Assembly (NCBI GenBank): GCA_035651755.1
Contig: DASRFA010000018.1
Location: forward strand, 32,138-96,137
Length of the DNA stretch: 64,000 bases
Direction: 5' to 3'
Origin: Candidatus Binatia bacterium
GTDB taxonomy: Bacteria; Desulfobacterota; Binatia; UBA12015
Of the stretch, positions 57,864-64,000 are shown piece after piece; within the stretch, counting starts at the first letter, position 1; each line of letters starts with the position of its first letter. The notes beneath the pieces were generated by a model that saw only the letters and a list, made by a program, of their open reading frames with translations, ran no database searches and was not told where the DNA came from. Position numbers and translations under genes: made by a program.

Positions 57864-58928
57864 TCACCGCGCGGGCCTCGGGGTCGGCGCCAGCGTCTCC
57901 GCGCGCGTACGGTCGGGGCCGGCGAAGCTCTCGTCCAGGATCCTGGCCATGGCGGCCCGCTTCCCGGCGTCGTCGAGCGTCGGGTCCTGGGCGACGGCCT
58001 TGAGCGCGGCGCGGTACGCATCCACGCGCCGGCGCCACTCGTCGCGGCGCTCGTCGAGGGTCGCGAGGCGAGCGGCCGCCTCGGGTCCGACGAGCCGCTC
58101 GCGCAGCGCCTGGACGTCCTCCCGCGTGCCGCCCTGCGTGCGGACGCGCTGCTCGGCATCGCGTAGATCGAGCGCGCGGGTCGCCTCGGAAGGGAGTCCG
58201 ACACCGGCCGCGGCGGCGCGCTGCTCGATCTCCGCGAGGCGGCGGGCGCGCTCCTCGGGCGACAGCGTCGCGTCCTCGGCGACCCGACGCCGCTCGATCG
58301 CGAGCTCGTCGGCCGCTTCCTCCTCCGCGAAGAACGCTTGCGCTGCCTGGTCCCCCAGAGTCTCGCGCCGGAGAGCCTTCAGCGTCGCGAGCCGCGACGC
58401 CAGGTCCGCGTCCGCGACGCCGGATGCGGCGAGCTCGCGCGCGCGCGCCCGGTACGCGAGGTAGCGATCGAGGAGCGCGTTCGCGTCGCGGGCGGCGTCG
58501 GGCGGAAGGCGGCGTGCGATCTCGGCGCGGATGCGAGCCGCGATACGATCGTCCGTCTCCTCGCCGGAGGCGGCGAAGAAGTAGTCGAACAGGCGGCGCG
58601 CGTCGCGCGTCGGGACGAAGCGGCCGCTCGCGTCGGTCGCGAGCCCGCCGTCGACGCGCGTTCCGCGGAGCGAGCGCGGGCGCCGCGGCCGAGCGTCCCC
58701 CGCCGCGCCCGCCGATCCGGCCGCGCTCGGCGGCGTCCCGCGGTCGTCGGCCACGGCGGGGCTCGCGCTCTGCGCGCTTGCCGCGCCCTCGGGCGCGGCG
58801 ACGCGTGCCCGATCCGCGCTCGTCGGTGCAGCGCGCTCCGGGCGCGCGAGCCAGAGCGCGCCCGCGCCGATCGCGATCGCGATCGCGATCACGACCGCGG
58901 CCGCGCCCGCACGCGCGCGCTCGTTCAC
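57864..58928 (-). CDS. lipase-specific foldase (Lif/LipB-type chaperone)
   Basis: N-terminal TM anchor and a helical body, with RRLFDYFFAA...LDRYLAYR motifs typical of Lif. It starts 7 nt after the lipase stop. Confidence 0.8.
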   Translation of the reverse strand: MNERARAGAAAVVIAIAIAIGAGALWLARPERAAPTSADRARVAAPEGAASAQSASPAVADDRGTPPSAAGSAGAAGDARPRRPRSLRGTRVDGGLATDASGRFVPTRDARRLFDYFFAASGEETDDRIAARIRAEIARRLPPDAARDANALLDRYLAYRARARELAASGVADADLASRLATLKALRRETLGDQAAQAFFAEEEAADELAIERRRVAEDATLSPEERARRLAEIEQRAAAAGVGLPSEATRALDLRDAEQRVRTQGGTREDVQALRERLVGPEAAARLATLDERRDEWRRRVDAYRAALKAVAQDPTLDDAGKRAAMARILDESFAGPDRTRAETLAPTPRPAR

Positions 58929-58935
58929 GTCGCGA

Positions 58936-61143
<2,208 letters not shown>

Positions 61144-62394
61144 TCAGGGCACGCAGCGCAGGATCGCGCGCGTGCTGTGCGGCGGGTTCACGTCGCGGAT
61201 GCGGGCGTGCAGGACGACGTGGCTGCCGTCGCCGGCGACGGCCGGTGTCGAGAGGCTGGTGAAGACGGACCCGACGCCGAAGACGTCGGTCGGTGGCGGG
61301 CTCGACTTCACGAGTACCGTCGAGCTCGTGCCGTCGAACGCGAACACGCCGAAGCGCTCCGGCGTGCCCGTGAGCGTGGCTCGCAAGAACGCGCGGTCGT
61401 CGTCGGTCAGGTCGAAGCCCGCGATCTTGCCGATGGCGCCTCCGGCAGGGCTCGAGTCGCCGCGCGTCACGACGTTCGACACGGCGGGGCCGGCGGGATC
61501 GAAGAGGAAGATCGCCCCGACGTTGATCACGCCCTCGACCTGGGCCACGAAGCCGACCTTGTCCGCGGCGTTCACGAACACGGGGGGGTCGAAGCCCGCG
61601 TACGTCGTCCCGCCGATCGGCGTGGCGGTGCCCTCGAGCGCGACCTCGGCGATCGAAACGCCGTCGTCGAAGAACACGCCGTCGAGCGCGGATTCGAGCG
61701 GGTTCTCGCAGTCGAGCTTGCTCGTCGCCCGCACGGCGACGGAGCCCGAGTCGCCGAGCCCGACCGTGCGGAACTCGCACAGCTCGCGTCCGCTGGCCGT
61801 CACGTCGTCGACCTCGAGGACCGTGCTCAGGGTGTCGGTCGCGGAATCGTAGAGGAAGACGCCCGCCGGCGCGCCGGAGACCTCGGCCGCGAACGCGACC
61901 TGGCCGGAGGCGTTGATCTGCGAGAGCGACATGATGTCGCCGAAGAACCCGCCGTTCGGTGAAGGCAGCGACGTCGCGGCCGCCGTCTCGTAGACGCCCG
62001 CCCGGCGGACGAACACCCCCTCGCCGGCGGAGAGGCCGGCGAGGAACGCGAGGTCGCCCGAGTCGTTGATGGAGTAGTCGTGGAAGGGCGACGCGGCCCG
62101 GAAGAAGCCGCCGTTCGGAGCCGGCGTGTTCGCCGCAGCGACCGTCTCCGGCGTCCCGCTGCCGGGATAAAGGTAAAGTCGCAATTTGGATGCGAACGGC
62201 CTGCCGATGAACATCGCGTCGCCGGCGGCGTTGGTCGCGACCTCGTTCGCGAAGCGAGGCGTGAGGAGGCGGCCGTCGGGGTCCATCTGCAGGCTCCGCA
62301 CGATCGTGCTGCAGGTGAAGTCGGCGTGCGCCGAGCTGGGAAGGGACGCGATCAGCGCCGAAGCCGCAACGAGTGCCGCGAGACGAGCCCTCAT
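61144..62394 (-). CDS. hypothetical secreted repeat protein
   Basis: Trimmed to ATG 62394 (GGAG RBS), giving the signal peptide MRARLAALVAASALIASLPSSAHA. Internally repeated ~50-aa units carry recurring G-x-FF/GVF and SG-x-VAF motifs. Family not recognised. Confidence 0.6.
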   Translation of the reverse strand: MRARLAALVAASALIASLPSSAHADFTCSTIVRSLQMDPDGRLLTPRFANEVATNAAGDAMFIGRPFASKLRLYLYPGSGTPETVAAANTPAPNGGFFRAASPFHDYSINDSGDLAFLAGLSAGEGVFVRRAGVYETAAATSLPSPNGGFFGDIMSLSQINASGQVAFAAEVSGAPAGVFLYDSATDTLSTVLEVDDVTASGRELCEFRTVGLGDSGSVAVRATSKLDCENPLESALDGVFFDDGVSIAEVALEGTATPIGGTTYAGFDPPVFVNAADKVGFVAQVEGVINVGAIFLFDPAGPAVSNVVTRGDSSPAGGAIGKIAGFDLTDDDRAFLRATLTGTPERFGVFAFDGTSSTVLVKSSPPPTDVFGVGSVFTSLSTPAVAGDGSHVVLHARIRDVNPPHSTRAILRCVP

Positions 62395-62604
62395 CTGGAT
62401 ATCTCCTGGTGTCCGAGGTCTGGTCGGTCGTAACGCGGAGCCGGCAGCCACCGGCGGCTCCGGGACGGATCATTCCCCGCAAGTGGTGTGCGTGGCAAGC
62501 GCTTTGTTGATCGGTCGCGCGACGGGCGCTCGAAACTTCGACCATCGGGTGTGCGATGGCAGCCGCTTGCTCGCGCCGCGGCTCGTCGCGTACCGTCAAT
62601 CGCC

Positions 62605-63384
62605 ATGACCGAGTTCGCACTGCCGCGCTGCGACGAGCCGCCGGACTTCCGCCGCCAGGCGTCGACCTACTCGCGCTACCGCCGCAACTACTCGCGCGAC
62701 CTCTACGACGCGATCGAGGAGCGCGCCGGACGCGGCGACGGACGCCGGGCGCTCGACCTCGCGTGCGGGCCGGGCATCGTCGCCGGCACGCTCCACGAGC
62801 GCGGCTGGCGCGTCACCGGCGTCGACTTCTCGCGGCCCATGCTGGAGCAGGCGCGCTCGGACCTCGGGCCGGCGGCCTCGCTCGCGCGCGGGCGCAGCGA
62901 GGCGCTCCCGCTCGCCGGCGGTCGCTTCGGGCTCCTCACGTGCGGGACCGCGTTCCACTGGTTCGCGCCCGCGCCCGCGCTCGCCGAGATGGCGCGCGTG
63001 CTCGCTCCCGGCGGCTGGGCGGCTCTCTTCTGGCGCTACCCCAAGCCGGGAGAGGACACAGCGCGCGTCATCCGCGACGTGCTCGCCCGGCTCGGTCACG
63101 ACCTCCCGCCGGACGTCCTCACGATGCACCCGCCGGAGCCGTTCTGGCGATCCAGCCTCGAACCGCTGGGCGAGCTGATCTTCGACGTCGAGCTGCGATA
63201 CACGCCCGAGAGCTTCCACGGCTACGTCGCGACGACCGAGTTCCTCCGCCGCGTCGCCGGTAACGACCACGCGCGCTTTCTCGCGGACCTTCGCGAGGAG
63301 CTCGACCGGCGCCACTCGGCCGGGCTGGTCGAGCGCTGCCGCGAGCATCTATTTCTTGCGAGGGGATCTCTCCCCTCGCCCTAG
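62605..63384 (+). CDS. class I SAM-dependent methyltransferase
   Basis: Trimmed to ATG 62605. Motif I is ALDLACGPG, followed by VTGVDFS and LAPGG. The last 8 codons and the TAG stop lie inside repeat copy 63359-63446. Confidence 0.8.
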   Translation: MTEFALPRCDEPPDFRRQASTYSRYRRNYSRDLYDAIEERAGRGDGRRALDLACGPGIVAGTLHERGWRVTGVDFSRPMLEQARSDLGPAASLARGRSEALPLAGGRFGLLTCGTAFHWFAPAPALAEMARVLAPGGWAALFWRYPKPGEDTARVIRDVLARLGHDLPPDVLTMHPPEPFWRSSLEPLGELIFDVELRYTPESFHGYVATTEFLRRVAGNDHARFLADLREELDRRHSAGLVERCREHLFLARGSLPSP

Positions 63385-63446
63385 CCGGCAAAGCCGGCCG
63401 GCTCGCTTCGGCTCGCTTCGCTCGGCCGCGCGCGCCGGGCGCGCGG
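63359..63446 (+). repeat. multi-hairpin repeat, long copy (three hairpins, shortened hairpin 2)
   Basis: Four parts in order: CGAGGGGATCTCTCCCCTCG, then GCCGGCAAAGCCGGC, then GCTCGCTTCG duplicated in tandem, then CCGCGCGC-GCCGG-GCGCGCGG. Confidence 0.8.
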
Positions 63447-63457
63447 AAGGTGCGGTT

Positions 63458-64000
63458 CTAATGATCGGCAGCGCGCGCGCGGCCGCCGCGGAGGAGGCGG
63501 CCGGGGAGGGGGCCGTCGGGGTCGACGGCGTCGCGACCGTCTTCGCGCACGATGCGACCGTTTACGACCACGGCGCGGATGCCGATCGCGTCGGAGACCA
63601 GACGGTCGGCGCCCGCGGGCAGGTCGCGCACGCGGCGGAGCGGGCCGGCGGCGACGGCGTCCGGGTCGAGCACGACGACGTCGGCGGCGAGCCCTTCCGC
63701 GAGCCGGCCGCGATCGGAGATGCCGAGCAGCTCGGCGGGCCGCGCGGTCAGCATGTGGACGGCGCGCTCGAGCGTGAGAACGCGCTTCTCGCGGACCCAG
63801 CGCGCGAGGAGATCGGTCGCGAAGCAGGCGTCGCAGAGCTGGCTCGCGTGCGCCCCGGCGTCCGACAGGCCGAGGACGGCCGCCGGCTCCTGCAGGAGCT
63901 CGCCGACCTCGCGCTCGTCGAGGTTCGCGACCGCCATGCGCAGGCGGAGCGCCAGGTCCGACGCGAGCGCGAGATCGAGCACGAGGTCGACGGCGTCCGC
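63458..64000 (-). CDS. amidohydrolase, N-acyl-D-amino-acid deacylase-like (C-terminal part; gene continues past the right edge)
   Basis: TLERAVHMLTARPAELLGISDRGRLAEGLAADVVVLDPDAV...IRAVVVNGRIVREDG matches the C-terminal pattern of D-aminoacylases. The frame stays open to position 64000. Confidence 0.7.
   Translation of the reverse strand, partial: ADAVDLVLDLALASDLALRLRMAVANLDEREVGELLQEPAAVLGLSDAGAHASQLCDACFATDLLARWVREKRVLTLERAVHMLTARPAELLGISDRGRLAEGLAADVVVLDPDAVAAGPLRRVRDLPAGADRLVSDAIGIRAVVVNGRIVREDGRDAVDPDGPLPGRLLRGGRARAADH

Overview
This is a very GC-rich (about 70% or more by eye), gene-dense chromosomal segment from an unidentified bacterium. The envelope looks Gram-negative: Tat and Sec signal peptides, lipoboxes and a LipA/Lif lipase-foldase pair. 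Its overall character resembles soil Deltaproteobacteria, Myxococcota or Binatota-type genomes, but that is only a guess.

I can support about 55 protein-coding genes. They include metH, a Fur-family/cytochrome c peroxidase operon, two orphan sensor kinases, a P450 / molybdoenzyme / acyl-CoA synthetase run, a large STAND ATPase, and pssA. There is also a PQQ sugar dehydrogenase with a cytochrome-like partner, an L-fuconate (6-deoxyhexose) catabolic cluster, an ECF sigma/anti-sigma/CpxP module beside a secreted metzincin, and a lipase/foldase operon. Lipid and xenobiotic functions are over-represented: three hotdog thioesterases, three or four GST-like genes, an enoyl-CoA hydratase, an LLM oxidoreductase and a PhyH dioxygenase.

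I found no rRNA, tRNA, CRISPR array, transposase, integrase, phage gene or recognisable defence gene. Many long entries in the ORF track are GC-driven shadow ORFs (antisense or out of frame), so I trimmed or ignored them. One real gene at the left edge (1-673, minus strand) is missing from the track because it has no stop codon in the window.

I do not see an obvious new multi-gene system. The most unusual signals are these:
- A family of multi-hairpin REP/MITE-like repeats with compensatory stem substitutions. Copies bracket one cistron, sit in frame inside an anti-sigma factor gene, and supply the last codons and stop of a methyltransferase.
- A second repeat family filling a 460-bp divergent promoter region.
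- A perfect 18-bp palindrome in front of a Fur-family regulator. Its operon joins a di-haem peroxidase, a Tat-exported metallophosphoesterase and a single-CxxCH cytochrome.
- A signal-less, transporter-less solute-binding-protein homologue translationally coupled inside the fuconate cluster.
- A PhyH dioxygenase translationally coupled to a Mug DNA glycosylase.

All functional calls come from reading the translations for motifs. No database search was run.
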